Made by a program: the position numbers and the translations under genes
The notes under the pieces: generated by a model
Seen by the model: only the letters and a program-made list of their open reading frames with translations
Told to the model about the DNA's origin: nothing
Databases searched by the model: none
Part shown: positions 11,408 through 24,204 of the stretch, in pieces
Layout of the letters: every line of letters begins with the position of its first letter
Position numbering within the stretch: position 1 is the stretch's first letter
NCBI GenBank assembly: GCA_964187785.1
Contig: OZ076409.1
Location: 11,658,001-11,722,000, forward strand
Reading direction: 5' to 3'
DNA: 64,000 nucleotides
Source: Amphiscolops sp. MND2022
Taxonomy: Eukaryota

Positions 11408-11958
11408 CGACATTTTGGGCAGCCGCATGCATACTGCCAGGTACATGAGTTGTTGTTGTATCTACTGCAAAATTCGAGAATTCCAGAAATCGAAATTTTA
11501 GTCCAACTAGATTGAAGAAATCTACGCTGTAAGGTAGGTTGTTAACGAGTCGGTATGGTCTGAAGCTGAACTCTGTTCGGGCTTTTTCGCATGTTTCCCA
11601 TAACTTGAAGTCACTTTATTCAATATGATAAGTGTTGGAGAGTTCTATTAAGTCTAATATCTGGAAAAACTGACAGGAAGCATCTTGGATAGAAGATTAA
11701 GATAACTTGAAGCATAGTCGTTTAGGGGTGGCTGTAAATAGGTCGAATTTTTCTGGTCGAAAGGACAGCAGTCGAAGCTTTTGATCAAATTGCAGGGATC
11801 GAATGAAATGCGGTCGAATTTTATCGTATTTGTTGTATGGCTCGGTCGCTTCGCTCCCTTCGCCAAGTAGCAACATTGAGGCATGGTCATATGGCACGTC
11901 GCTCCGCTTCGCTCCTGCATTCAGGGCACTAGGGGTATGTGAACATATGACTACGTTA

Positions 11959-12246
11959 TTGCACATGACGTCAATGTGCATTGCAGTCCAGCCAAGAAAG
12001 TTTTTTTTCCACAATAGCCAACTTCATAATAAGCGCCTTTTAGAGAAAAGCCAAAACCCCAGAGAGATTCGAACCTGCAGCCTCCCGATTGCGCGGCATA
12101 AGTGTTAACCACTGTGCCATAAGGACGTTATTGAATAAAGTTGAACTGTTCAATATATACGCATGCGATTAAAATAATATATATACGCATATTAAAATAA
12201 TCGTTGTCTTCGTCATGTGTTGCGAAGCACCGCTTCGCCTCTGTGT
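11959..12246 (+). mobile_element. Helentron/DINE-like non-autonomous element, family B (tRNA-bearing)
   Basis: 5' subTIR CACATGACG with IR (TGCACAT...ATGTGCA), 3' subTIR CGTCATGTG, stem-loop GCGAAGC-ACC-GCTTCGC. It is absent from the sister MITE at 6420-6757. Second copy at 29877-30166. Confidence 0.75.
12055..12126 (-). pseudogene. tRNA-like Pol III cassette (degenerate tRNA or SINE head)
   Basis: GTCCTTATGGCACAGTGGTTAA...GGTTCGAATC contains an A-box and a B-box, followed by TTTT. Acceptor and anticodon stems pair poorly. Confidence 0.65.
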
Positions 12247-12599
12247 AAAAATTTCGACCCGAGTTGTTTCGATCCATTCAAAAATTTGGTATGTCGACCT
12301 GAGGACTAACTCTGATTTTCGATCCCGTTCCTTCGACCTATTTCCGCCCACCCGTCGTTTAGTACCCAATTCAGTACACGTTTTTGGAAAGTTTCAAGTT
12401 TGATTATCGAAGCTTTTCTGAGGTGAATGCGCGAGGAAGCAAGCTGAAATTAAATAAAAGGTAGAGTGTTCAAGAATTTGAACCGATTAAGACAGAAAAG
12501 TTCGTTTTTTGTCAATAATCTATATCACGACACTTTATTGGTTGCCGTTAGCAAATAATAAGCCTGTTTTTTTTGGAACTGTCGTACCGGTCAGATTGC

Positions 12600-13030
12600 T
12601 CTTTTCTAAAAAAAATTGAGACTATTTTTAACTATTTTCAAAAGAATCTACTATAATCGCTGCTTTTCGTCCGTGTTTTTTTCGATACACCTGAAGTGAC
12701 AAAATTAATTCTGCAAAAGTTTAATGCGCCAAATTGTACAAGTTTTTTTGTCTGCGTAACACAATACCGGGCGAGACTAAAGAGTCCCCTTTTCAGTTTT
12801 TTTTCGGCATTGAGACTTTATTCGAAAAAGATTACCCAAAAGGTCTCCCTTCATTTTTTGGAGTTTTGCGACTTAGTTCAGGATGCTGAAAAATCCCGAA
12901 GCGTCCCCTGGCGCGCCAATTCGGTCCAATTTTTTCGGGTACTGTAGAAGAGAAGACTTTGGCACTTTGAAGTCCTATCGCTATTTTTGAGTTTTAGATT
13001 GGCGCCGACTTGGGCCGTTCACGGCTTGTT
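12600..13030 (+). mobile_element. HINE family A copy (5' end degraded)
   Basis: 3' end GGCGCCGACTTGGGCCGTTCACGGCTTGTT and the family's internal repeat. Confidence 0.65.
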
Positions 13031-13650
13031 TGAAATGATATTACTCTGGCTGTGTTGATAAAAGGATATATTTTAACTTTACAATGTAATCTTGACACAT
13101 AAGTTGCTGGTCTTAGAGTGTGAAACGTCTTCCAGTTTTTGAAGTGGAAATTGAGAGCGCTTCAGATAGAATCAAGTTTATGTTGAAGAATGTTCAAGGA
13201 GTTCTGAGTTGGTGGTACTTTTTAATTGCTCTCTCCGAAAGTGTGAAAGGCTGTTCTCAAATTTTCGAAGTCGAATCTTCTAAGAAAAAATTTGCCAAAA
13301 CCACTCGAAAAATTTTGAAGAAAAACCGTTTTACTGGTCAGGGTTGACACTAAGAGTTGGTTGCTACTTTGGTCTAGTTTGGACGCTAGTTGTAATTGGC
13401 AAATGTCATAACGAAGCTGACGTGTACTGAAGTCGCAAGTGAAAGAGAAATTGTGAAATGTGAAAAATCATCTTTTTGGATCTTAATCTTGCCGGCTTCA
13501 TCTTTTTTATGCAACGATTTCACGCAGATCATCGCCATGAACGTTTAAAAAGCATCACTTAGTATAGCAGTACGAGAATTCGAAAAGTTCAGTTGTTGTG
13601 TAGAAAATAATCCTTATCATTTGGAAAATAAATGTCAAAAACGTTTGCCG

Positions 13651-14147
13651 GACCATGTCATCTATTCCACCCCCCTTGGTACACCTTGTTGGGAATTCCC
13701 CCCAACACGAAAACACATTTTGTTCTTGAATAAAAATATTTCACCAAAAAGAGAATATTACATGAATTTAAATACTTAGAGGATTGCCTCTACAATTCTT
13801 CAGTTCAATTAATATTCAGTTCTACCTACCCCCATGGACACTTCATTTTAAAAGAATACCATAATTTTTTGATATTTTTGTCTAAAACAGCAGAAATTCA
13901 CGTCTGGAACAAGCTAAAATCGTATAAAAAGACCCCTTCAGAAATTTTCAGCGCAAATTTTGTCCGCTATAAAATCTAATGAGCAACTTTCAACTGACAG
14001 TCAATGTAATGGATAGGATTATGTCGACATCAATGGTTTTATTGACCAAAATTTCAACCAACGATGTCGACATAATGGTATCTGAACCTTCTGTCTTATT
14101 CCCCCCCCCCCCCGCCTCAGTTTGGGGGGGGGATAGATGACATGGTA
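13651..14147. mobile_element. Tc1/mariner-like MITE
   Basis: Inverted repeats ACCATGTCATCTAT(T)CC / GGATAGATGACATGGTA. The right end finishes in TA; the left TA is not intact. Confidence 0.5.
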
Positions 14148-15729
14148 TGCCAATAGAAAAGTCCTGAAAATCTGATTTTTGGCAGTCTTCAAGAATGGCC
14201 AATCAACGAGCCCTATAAGTCCGTGTTTTATTTTTGCTGGCAATATCCCTAGGCTGATCCGCTATGTAGCATTTCATACACCAACGTGTAGTAAGTTCAA
14301 CATCATTTGCATTCATTTGAGTTTTTTGGTCATGATTGGCAAATATTAGACCGTTTTGATTTTCTTCGCTTTTACGTGTGCAATCTTTTGTGAGCATTGT
14401 TTCTTCGCTAATAGCGATTATTAATCTTCAGTTCTACCCCCATGGGACCCTTCAGACTGTTTATTGGTATCATATGTGCTATGGTCAATTAATTTTTATA
14501 ATTCGATTTGATGTGTGTGTAAGTAATGACACTTCATATTACTTTTATGAAGCTCTCAAATCGCAGTTTTTGAAGCATCTGAAATTTTCGTCAACTCTAT
14601 CCTTCTCATCTCTCTTGAATGTACGGGGCTTCTCTGCCATCAATAAAATAAAGACTTAGTTGGCCATGGTTAATTACACTCATTTCATTGTACACAGATT
14701 TACTCGATCCAAAATGGCTCAGTAATATCGCTTTTGTTGTTTTGCAAAAATACCTGCGCTTTATTGTATCAAGAATTAGATTTTCGTTCTGCAAAGTGAT
14801 TGGCGCTTGCATATATTTTCTCGAATGTCATTGAGGTGTGACGTGTTTTCATTGGTTGATACACCATCTTTATTCAAGAATATATTCTTTGCTTGTTGAC
14901 TAAAATGAACCTTTTGAGACTTATTCTGCGGGGAAAAGCAAAGTCGAGTCTCGATTTAACACTTTCCTCATTCTCAGGTTTGGATTCAGTTTCTACATTA
15001 TTGAGCTCTGCTGCTTTCATCTTTTGGCGCGGAGTTTGCTTTGGCTGGCTCTGTGGGGGGTTCAAGTTGATTAGATTTGTCAGTGATCGAAATTACTGAT
15101 GCTCTCCTTTTATCATTGGTTGTTCAACACCAAAGCGCTTCGATTGATGGTCAAGTTCTTTCTGGGCAATGTGATTGTACTGGGTTTGGCTCGATGAATG
15201 ACAAAAACTTCGTTGTTGGTGAAATGTGACAACCTCGTTTCACAACATTCAGTATTATAAATAAAATACTAGTTTCAATTGCCTCAAGCTACCATCAGTG
15301 ATTTGTTTGTTTGTCAACTTTGTAATAATCAAATTAGTCTATTTATATTGAAAGTTGAAGCGTTAACGACGTTGGGGCAAACAAAGCAAAACACGCATTT
15401 TGTATTTTGTCGAATCTTCATTTTCTTCCACACTTGACTTTATCCTGAAGAGACAGTTTTACAAATAAGCACGAAAGAAGTTTTGCAAGAATAATAGTCT
15501 TGCTAAGTGAATAGAATTGCCAGTACTGAGGATCTTACTCACCGTGCAGTAAGGACTGAATTACTGTGCTTCGCGGAAAGGCTCCTAGCAGCTGTTCCTG
15601 AGCCGCAGTTGATACTACGAAACTGAGAAGATTGCTAACGGCAGGCGGCCAACAATTTCAAAGTTGAGATTCGTTGCAAAACTTGCCCTGAGCACCAGAA
15701 ACGAAAGCAAAGAACTCTGCAATTCAAAA

Positions 15730-17388
15730 ATGCAAGTGCACACAGGCAGCTTCGGTTGTAGCTTGGAAGGAGCCCCGGTTGTTGGGAGTAAAAACGGCGG
15801 TGGCAGAGACACAACAAAACAACCACCAGTCCAAGACCTCCTACTGCGTGAAAATGTTAGCATGCGGAGACAACGCCTTGTTATGATTTGGTCCTCGGAG
15901 GCCTGTGCAACTCTTTCAGACAAGCCTTCAAAGTGCTTTGAATTGCGGGACCAGGCTTTAAAATTTACGCCACTTGGCCAGCACTTCTTTGTTTTCCTTT
16001 CTCACTTTATCACTATTCTTCTCTCCGCCAAATGTTTTCCTTTTCACGGTCATCACCTTACAAAGTTTTATTGTTACTCTTCTTTGAAACTTTTAATTGC
16101 CTCACATTCAATTAACACCATGTTGCTTTCAGTGTCTAAATGTTGGAGATGTTATGCTGCAAACAACATTTATGGTTGCAGAAGCTCGGAAAAGAACAGC
16201 GGCAGTTCAAACACAAGCAGTTCCTGTCTTTTGACGAGTTTTTTGGAGGACAACTCAATTGCTCTTCTAGGCAGAATACAAAGACTCCTTGCATGTGATA
16301 TAGATCACCACAGCCAGCTTCGCTTTTCGCTAGCTCAACGTCGCCGGTCTGGGCAACCCAAAGGATCGTCGTTCATTTCCGGCCAAGGTCGAACTTCTGA
16401 TCTTTTTCCACAATCGAGTGAAAAGAGAATCGCTAACACAACGGAAACCGTATCATATCGTTTACTACTTTTATTTATTGTGCTCAACCTCATAAACCCC
16501 ACTTTAGCTTTACCACAGTTGCAATCGGACCCGTTGGGCAGCGGAACAAGAAACGACAGAATCTCTGTAGGTGCCGACGTAATGGAGTCCTCTGGTTCCG
16601 CTGCAGCGCAAGAGTTCAACATTTGTGACGAGGCCAACTGTCAAGAAAACTACCATTGCGTTCCTCTGCGAAGTGGCTACAAGTGTCAATGCAATGACGG
16701 TTTCATAGAGCAAGACGGCCAGTGTGAGTTGGCGTTGGAGAAATCATGCAGTAAAGAAGACGATGAAACGTTTTGCTTACACGGAGGCATCTGCATTATG
16801 ACCTTGACCATTGGAACCCATTACGCTCGATCCTGCAGGTGTGACCCAGAGAGCGGTTACACGGGTACGAAGTGCGAACAAATAAACTCCTACAGACTCT
16901 CATCTGCCATGCAGAAGTTCGACTCAAAAGACGTACAGAACACGACAGCCGTAGTTTTAGTTATTTTCCTTGCAACTTTAGTTGTTTTATCTGTTGTTGG
17001 AAGGCTGCGATGTTACTTGAAAGACAAAGCGCTCGAGATTGAAATGCTAGCTGCTCTGCACAAAGAATACGACGATATGACTCAGCAGTTGAATGAGAGT
17101 GGTCGCTTCGGAGGCAGTGGCTACCAAATGCACATGCACTCATTGCCGGTGACAATGGCTCCTCCTCATCCTGCCTGCGGTGACGCGGCGGCGTTGGCGG
17201 ACGACAATTATTCTATATCTTCCAGCTACTACTTCCGAAACAACCACCCTCAGACCAGCCCAAAGATGCTGCATCACCACTGCTCTGCCTTACCGTCGTC
17301 ACCTTCGCCCCAGCCCCCTGTGGAAACTCGGGTCATCCCGATAAGACACGCTTTGTCCGAACTGAGGCTGCAAGAAACCCAGACTTGA
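15730..17388 (+). CDS. Membrane-anchored EGF-domain protein (EGFR-ligand/TGF-alpha/neuregulin-like); start uncertain (ATG at 15730 or 16120)
   Basis: Hydrophobic segment LLLLFIVLNLINPTLA. EGF1 at ~16624-16726. EGF2 CSKEDDETFCLHGGICI...CRCDPESGYTGTKC at ~16747-16875 has ligand-like spacing. TM helix AVVLVIFLATLVVLSVVG, then a Pro/Ser/His-rich tail. No intron is needed across the domains. Confidence 0.85.
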   Translation: MQVHTGSFGCSLEGAPVVGSKNGGGRDTTKQPPVQDLLLRENVSMRRQRLVMIWSSEACATLSDKPSKCFELRDQALKFTPLGQHFFVFLSHFITILLSAKCFPFHGHHLTKFYCYSSLKLLIASHSINTMLLSVSKCWRCYAANNIYGCRSSEKNSGSSNTSSSCLLTSFLEDNSIALLGRIQRLLACDIDHHSQLRFSLAQRRRSGQPKGSSFISGQGRTSDLFPQSSEKRIANTTETVSYRLLLLFIVLNLINPTLALPQLQSDPLGSGTRNDRISVGADVMESSGSAAAQEFNICDEANCQENYHCVPLRSGYKCQCNDGFIEQDGQCELALEKSCSKEDDETFCLHGGICIMTLTIGTHYARSCRCDPESGYTGTKCEQINSYRLSSAMQKFDSKDVQNTTAVVLVIFLATLVVLSVVGRLRCYLKDKALEIEMLAALHKEYDDMTQQLNESGRFGGSGYQMHMHSLPVTMAPPHPACGDAAALADDNYSISSSYYFRNNHPQTSPKMLHHHCSALPSSPSPQPPVETRVIPIRHALSELRLQETQT

Positions 17389-19300
17389 TCAGCAGAGTTG
17401 TTGTTGTTGTTGTTCAAAACTACTACTACATGTACTGACCATTTCCTTCTTTTCACTCAGAAGATGTTTGCTGGCAGGCCTCAAACATTAATCTCATCAC
17501 TCGAATTTCCTTCCCACCACCCACTGTCGGACACACCTTTATTGTTATGTATATGAGGGAAGCTTTAAGTGCAATATGTTCGCTTCAGCTCATGAATTGT
17601 GACGTGAAATGTTTTGTCAATCTACCGATAGCAATGTACTGCGGGTATTGAAATTATTTTAATTTGTGTATTAGTCTTGATAGTCATCCTTATCTCTGAT
17701 CGCATCGCGTTAATGAGTTTTGAATGGAAATGATTTGACAAATTATATATTTACCAATTTAAAGTCTCAGTTTATTTTTCTACCCACTGTATTTTCTCCA
17801 ATTTTTTTCTTCTTTCAGTTGGGTTGGCATGCCAGAGTTGCGAAAAACTGTTTTTTTTTAAAAAAAAAATCGAAACGTTAGCAAGTCAATAAAAACATTT
17901 CGACGATGATACAAACAATAATTTGGAAATTAGGTTGCCAATTTGGAGCAGAAATATGCTGCTTATTCTTTAGACTGTACTTTTCAACCAAATCGTGCCC
18001 GAATATGTACAGTCATTACTTTAGTTTTTCGGCACTATGCAAATTATCGAATTTCTTTATTCCGCCAAATGATGCCCCTTTGATTTTTCAAATAAAGAAA
18101 AGCATTTTCTAGACCGAAAGCTCCCGATTCGATTTTTTGGCATTGGGACTTACCATAAAAAATAGCTGCAAAGTCGTTTTAAAGATAATTCCCGGCTTGT
18201 TTGTTTTGTGATGAAGTTTTTGGGCTCAATCAAATAGCAGAAATAAAACAAAATTATTTTATTTGAAGTGTTATATTTTAAGTAATCAGGGAAAGAGTCT
18301 TTCAATTTATTTTTTGTATACATACTTTTTGTCGGATGTTTCTTTGAGGGGAGATTCCTTAAATTTGTTGAGGACTTGCTCAGTTTTCTCACTGATTTTT
18401 CAAGTCCATCCATTTCAAAGTGAAAAATGCAAAGAATGAAACTATAGTCGCTGATATTTATCAGCCGGATCTTGCAATTTTGAACATCTCGAAACCGCAC
18501 TTTAATTATGATGTTTTTGTGTGAAGCAGTTCATTTGAAGGTGTATTTTTTGGAGCAAACAATTTCTAACGATAAAATGTTGTTTATCACTGTGTAACTA
18601 AACTATCTTCGCTAATTATTTAGTCACGTCAAGATCAAAAGCTTAATCGAATGGTTTACCCGCATTCGTTTCAAACTCAAATCGGCATCATGGTTTTTCA
18701 TAATGGCGTGTTGCATTCATCAGAGACGAAAATCTAATTCGAGAAAACATCAATTTTGAGCTTTGTGTCTTCTTTGTACTTTTTGAATCAATAATTCAGA
18801 CAATTGAAAGAGGTCGAATTATAAAAGGAAAATCGATGTCAATCTCGATTTGTTTTGGAACTACGGGAAGCAACGCAGCCAGTGAAGTTCATTCTATCTT
18901 TAGAAGTCTTCATTCAATTGTTTGATATATTTTTCAATCAAAAAGGTCAATTCGTGAAGAAAAAAAAATATAATTGGTATCTAAGTACATCACTGCTTTG
19001 TGGAGAAAACTAACTTGTCAACTCAAGTAGAACAATCAAGAAGTTGATTGGTTGATACTCAGTCTTTTAGAGTTCCCCGTTATGGGCGCCAAGTGGGGAT
19101 GCCAGGGATCTGTTGAATCTGATATCGCAGCGTTTAGTATGCCTGAGGTTTTTTATCGACCTACGAACATTAACCAAGATAACTTCAGTTTTTCTCTTTG
19201 CATGAGACACTTTGAACTACTAGCTACTTCAATCAATTGACATCCACGTCGCGTCGCATTACAGAATTTCAAGAGCTTTCTGAATTATGAAGAACATAAG

Positions 19301-19510
19301 TTTATTATTTCTGCGAATGCTTAAACTTCGTATACGCTGAGTAGTTATATTTTCTTTAGTCCGAGAAGAATTGAAGGCGGTATAAACTGGTACAGTGATT
19401 AATTGTGCGCTATATAATGATTAAACAGAAGTGTATTAGTTTTTCCAGATCTGGTTCTATTATTGAACATGGAAGCCTAAAGCAGAAATAATACTGTGCC
19501 ACGGTGTCAC
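19301..19510 (+). mobile_element. HINE family D, internally deleted copy
   Basis: 5' subTIR TATTATTTCTGC and 3' subTIR GCAGAAATAATA; shares its core with 43986-44394 and 53350-53849. Confidence 0.6.
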
Positions 19511-22500
19511 CATAATAAGGTGGAATGCGGAACAACATTGAAAATCGCAACCTTTTTTGAATTACTTTTTTGTCAATTCAAAATAACGCAATTTGAAGTA
19601 TTCGGTTTCTGATTCAGCGCTTTCATCAGAAAACGCAGACCTTAATGGTGACTCTTTTGAGAACAGCAAACTAACATCATTTTTATAAATTGTATAACTT
19701 CTAACTAACTTGCTCCCGCCGCTTGGTTTTGTAATTGCCGCGAGTGTAACGGTGGCTGGGAATCAGGTGTACGTGTGTTCGAAGCCTTTGCTGGTCCACA
19801 TTACGAGACACATCCCGGTAAAATGGATTTCAGTCACGCAACGTAATCTGTGTAATCTGTAAAATGGCCATTCAGCGTAAGTTAGTCAAGACGGTCTATG
19901 CCTGGGCGGTGTAGCTGTGTCAACGCGCGTAATGGAAAATAGTGTAAACTAGTCAAGGCACGTAGTTAGTGAAAAGTGGAAGTTAGTCCAAAAATACACT
20001 TTTTCGTATTTCAATCAAAACTTTGACTAACTTCCACTTATTGCAAGTATAGCGATCTGCAATTTGCAAAAAGTGGAATGTGGTCAAAGTTTGACTAACT
20101 TACACCATGTTTATATGTATTCAAAACTCAGTGTTCATTTCAATTCCGTCTGGCAGATATTTCATGCTTGCGAAAGTAGAGGGGAGACCAAAGAGGGTCC
20201 CCGTTGGAGTTTTTCGGCACTCTGCGACCTTTGTGATTTTTTATGGCTCCTCTTAGATTTTTAACGCGGTAAAAGTGGTTTGCGAGCAGATATGTTCGCC
20301 CTTGTAGTTTTTCGGCACTGTGCAACATGCCAAAAAATATTTGTATCGAAAACCGTTTTTTCGCAAAAAATTCTCGTTTTTCGAGTCGTTAGGGGTGACC
20401 TCTCTGATATTTTTGGTACTCTGGGACTATTAAAATTTTCAATAATTGTTCTCAAGTTTATGTAAAAGACCTTCGGCTTTGTGTGACTTTTTTGAAGCAA
20501 CATTTTAAAAATATCCCAAATTCGAGTTTATTTTCCGCCCATATTTCATATGGGAAAGGAAAATATTTAAATCAAACGGGTTTTTTTTACAAAATTTGCC
20601 AAGAATTATTGTTTACGTAATATGAAGAAGTACATTCACAGAATTCAACTGACATAAATTTAGTTCCATGGGATATGTATTTGTAAAGATTTTTGGACTT
20701 AAAACGATTTTGTTGCTCAAATGATTTGGGTCCGCGGGCGTCTTGTTATAATTTCAGTCAAGAAAAGTCTTCATTATTTCGAAAGAGTTTTCATTTGGTC
20801 AAAGGGTGCTGCTCACTTTTTAAAACGTTTTTGGCCGAGAAAAAGTATTTTGCAAAATGACAGGATCTCATTTTGTGTGCAAAATGACAGGATCTCATTT
20901 TGTGTTTTTCGGCACTTCGAAACTTTCGGAAAAAATCATGTTTTTCAAAAATGGGGTTTTTTGCTAGTTAGGTGTGACTTTTTGAAAAACAATTCATTCA
21001 ATCAAAGGGTTTCATAAATCGTTCCCAGCTTGTTTTTGAATTGTGGAACTTCAAATTCCAATAATTTATATACTGACTGCTTTGGTTGAATTTCTTTCGA
21101 AAGTCCTCTGGGCTGTCTTATGTTTTTCTCTTGCCTCGTTTCGCACATAACTGAATCTACTCATTAGGTGAGTGCAACAAGGAAGCAGCTTTCGATATAT
21201 CCTTCGAGTGTAACAAATCTGGCCGCGTGGAAGCTACCTTGAAATGTTCATTTGCTTCCAATGTCGGCTTCTAAATCCTCCTGTTTGAAGTAGCATTCTG
21301 TTCCGTCAATCAACACACCTTGTAAATCGAATGTAACATTAATGGTCGTTGAAGATTCTATCATTTTATTTGATTTTTGCTTTTGCGTAGCTGGTCCAAT
21401 AAGACCCTCGTTAATACTCTTCTACTGGCGTAGATTACTTTTAAACTCTGTTGAGAATTCATGCAAGGACCCCTAATCTGTCAACAAGAAGGCGTTTTCG
21501 CACCAAATCATACTAGTTTTGGAAGAAATTGTGGTCCTTCCAACACCCGTTATTGCGCCAATGCCTACCCGCAGTCACTTTTTTGTGGTTGTAAATTATT
21601 GAAAGTAAATTCTTTTTCCATAACAGGAGGTCAACTTCTATTAGAATAGTTTTTTGTTTGAACAAAACATTTTTCACGCATTTTGACTATAATTATGTTC
21701 ATATTAATTGTTTTTTGTGACTTAAACAGGAAGATGTTGAATTTCTTATTAAGACTGTGTGAATGCACAAAGAAAAATATTGTGAACAAAGTTTGTATCT
21801 CAATTCTAAACTGTCACCCTGGAAATAAATTCAAAATTGAAGGTTTCTGGTTTGTGTCCAAGTCCTTTTGTTTTAATATTTTCACTAATTTTCCAAAATA
21901 ATTTTGGTAGTTGGGGGAACAGAAAAGATCCCTGGCAAAAGCTTCTGACCGAAGTAGTATGGCCTCAGCCGTTGTTAAAATAAATTTCGGACCTCTTTTG
22001 AGATGAACTTCAAATTGGCTCCTGGAACTGGACTGTTTATTTGTTAATTAGAGAGCTCTTTTCAAAGAACTGTTGGTCAACAGGAAAAGTAAAGTATTTC
22101 CATATGGCTCCTTGAACTTATGATCCTTCTAGAATTTATAAACCCGCTCCAACTACTGAGACATTCGGTGTTTTTATACAATCCTATTGTTTATGGGTTT
22201 CATGATCGAAAGCTGGAAAGGTTGAATTTGAACCACTGAATGAAAATAAATTATGTAACAACTTCCTACGAGTTCTTACATGATTCATTATGAGTCTTCG
22301 GCTTATCCACTTTTGATGTAAACTCGAGAATTGTTCGATTATCTTTGATTATTCGCAATCAACTTTGAGATATGCAACCGAACCTACCTCCTGGAGAAAG
22401 TTATATCAGTTCCAGACTTCAAGTAGCAATTTCTTCCACAATGCTGATCGAGTCATGACGTAATTTTGTGAAGCTCCTACCTGAATTTCTGAGGCTAATT

Positions 22501-24204
22501 TTTGCGAAAGTATTGCACCAATAATGCTTGTGTCAAGTACGTTGAAACCATCAATGTGGGTAACCCTAATGGGGTTACTTGTAGTTGAATCTAGTGTCTA
22601 TGATTGCTTGATGAAAATACTGATGACGTAGTTTTGATTTATTTGAGTTTGAGTGAACATGATTGTGGAATTCGTTTGATGTATAACTTAGGTTAATGCT
22701 GGAAATTGTTGCTGAAGTAATTTCTAGTACGAGGACTTTGCTCTTCAACTTTGCTATTTCATAACCTAATGATATTAACCTTACTTTAGTGTTTCATCAA
22801 GACGTGGTTGCAATGCTGAGATGTCTTTGAATGCTTGGTTTGTCGAAGAATTGATTTTATATAATGATTATAAGGACCGCGCGTACTGAGACCGGGATTT
22901 GGTGTAGAGGGGGAAGAGATTTTCTGCCCTTATTACATGGAGGGCGTGTCAGTGAAAGAGTTTGGGTGTCACATTTGGATGTTTTACAGTGTCAATAACG
23001 GTCCAATAAAATAAATTTGGAAAACTTTGGTAAGTGAAGGGTAATTTTAAAATTGGGACAATGCTTCCCAAATTTTATTGATCGTCGGAAATTGTTTGGT
23101 TTCATGGTAAGCAACCGAGGGATTGTCAGATTTATGACAGCCCTCCCTCGTGAACTATAGTACTGATAGATGACTACGATTGATTGTTGGCGGCTTGTCG
23201 CTCTGCAGCCTCTGAGACAGAGGACGGAACTACGTAGAAGAGCAAAGCTTATCTTTGTTCTAATGTAGCTTATCGCGTCGGCGTAGCTTTCTGAACCTTT
23301 TTCGTGTTGAAGTTTGCAGCTTTGTCGAAGAATTGATCGTTTGACGGTGGAGCAGAGCTTGTCTAACGGAATTGCTGTGCAGAGTCGAATTATGTAGGAT
23401 CGAAAAACGTGCTAAATTATCTAGGATCGAATTGTAACTTGATTTTACCTAGGATCGAAAGAAGTGCAAATTTCATTCATATTATACGGTTGCTATAGTA
23501 CCCTGTAAAATTCGATCCTGGAAATTTCAGTTGCAATTTTCGATTCTAAATGGTTCGACTTTGGATACGCCGTGGATACGCGTTGCCAATAATCTACATC
23601 CAAAACTTTTGTAATAATTTTTTTCCATGCATATTTATAATAACAGAATGCACAATAACAGCACTCATTGTTCAAGTTCCGTCTTGATTTCTTGAGAAGT
23701 TTGTCGTTCAAAGGAAAACGAGAACAGAGAACGAAAGTTTTCCGACAATCTTTTTGAGCCAACAACTTTTTGGCGTGCAGATAATTCCTTCGGCAAGCAA
23801 ACAAATATCAAGAAAATCGTTGTGATTTTCCAACTAGTTGTTACATAATTTCCTTTAGCTTGAAACACGTTTGGTGATGACTTTTTTTTATTCAAGCAAG
23901 AATCTTCGATAGAAAGTGGGTCAGAATTAAATTTATAAATAAAAATTCGGCGCCCCGATCGGGGCTCAAAAAGCGCAAAATTTTTAAAATATGGTAAGGG
24001 AAAGTTTTTTGGAAAATCTTATTCAAAAAATACTGAAGGTTTTTGTTTTTTTTTCGGCAATGTACGTACGGCTCTTTGAGAAAAGTTTCGTCCTATTTTT
24101 CAATAGTTAGTCGAAAATCTGAACTGTTTCCAGGGGTAACAAAAAATTATATTTTGGATTCTTAAGCATGAAAGTTCACCACGATTTTCCGATCCTGAAA
24201 GTTT

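Larger units (their letters stand above)
11726..12353. mobile_element. Mutator-like MITE with a perfect 9-bp TSD, carrying a nested HINE
   Basis: TIRs GGGTGGCTGTAAATAGGTCGAA / TTCGACCTATTTCCGCCCACCC. TSD GTCGTTTAG at 11717-11725 and 12354-12362. Confidence 0.88.

Noticed and set aside
15664..15729. ORF-track start for the EGF gene
   Set aside because: It is a TTG start; the first ATG is at 15730 and another plausible ATG is at 16120.
20851..20904. 27-bp tandem duplication
   Set aside because: Local slippage within a degraded repeat copy; no further structure.
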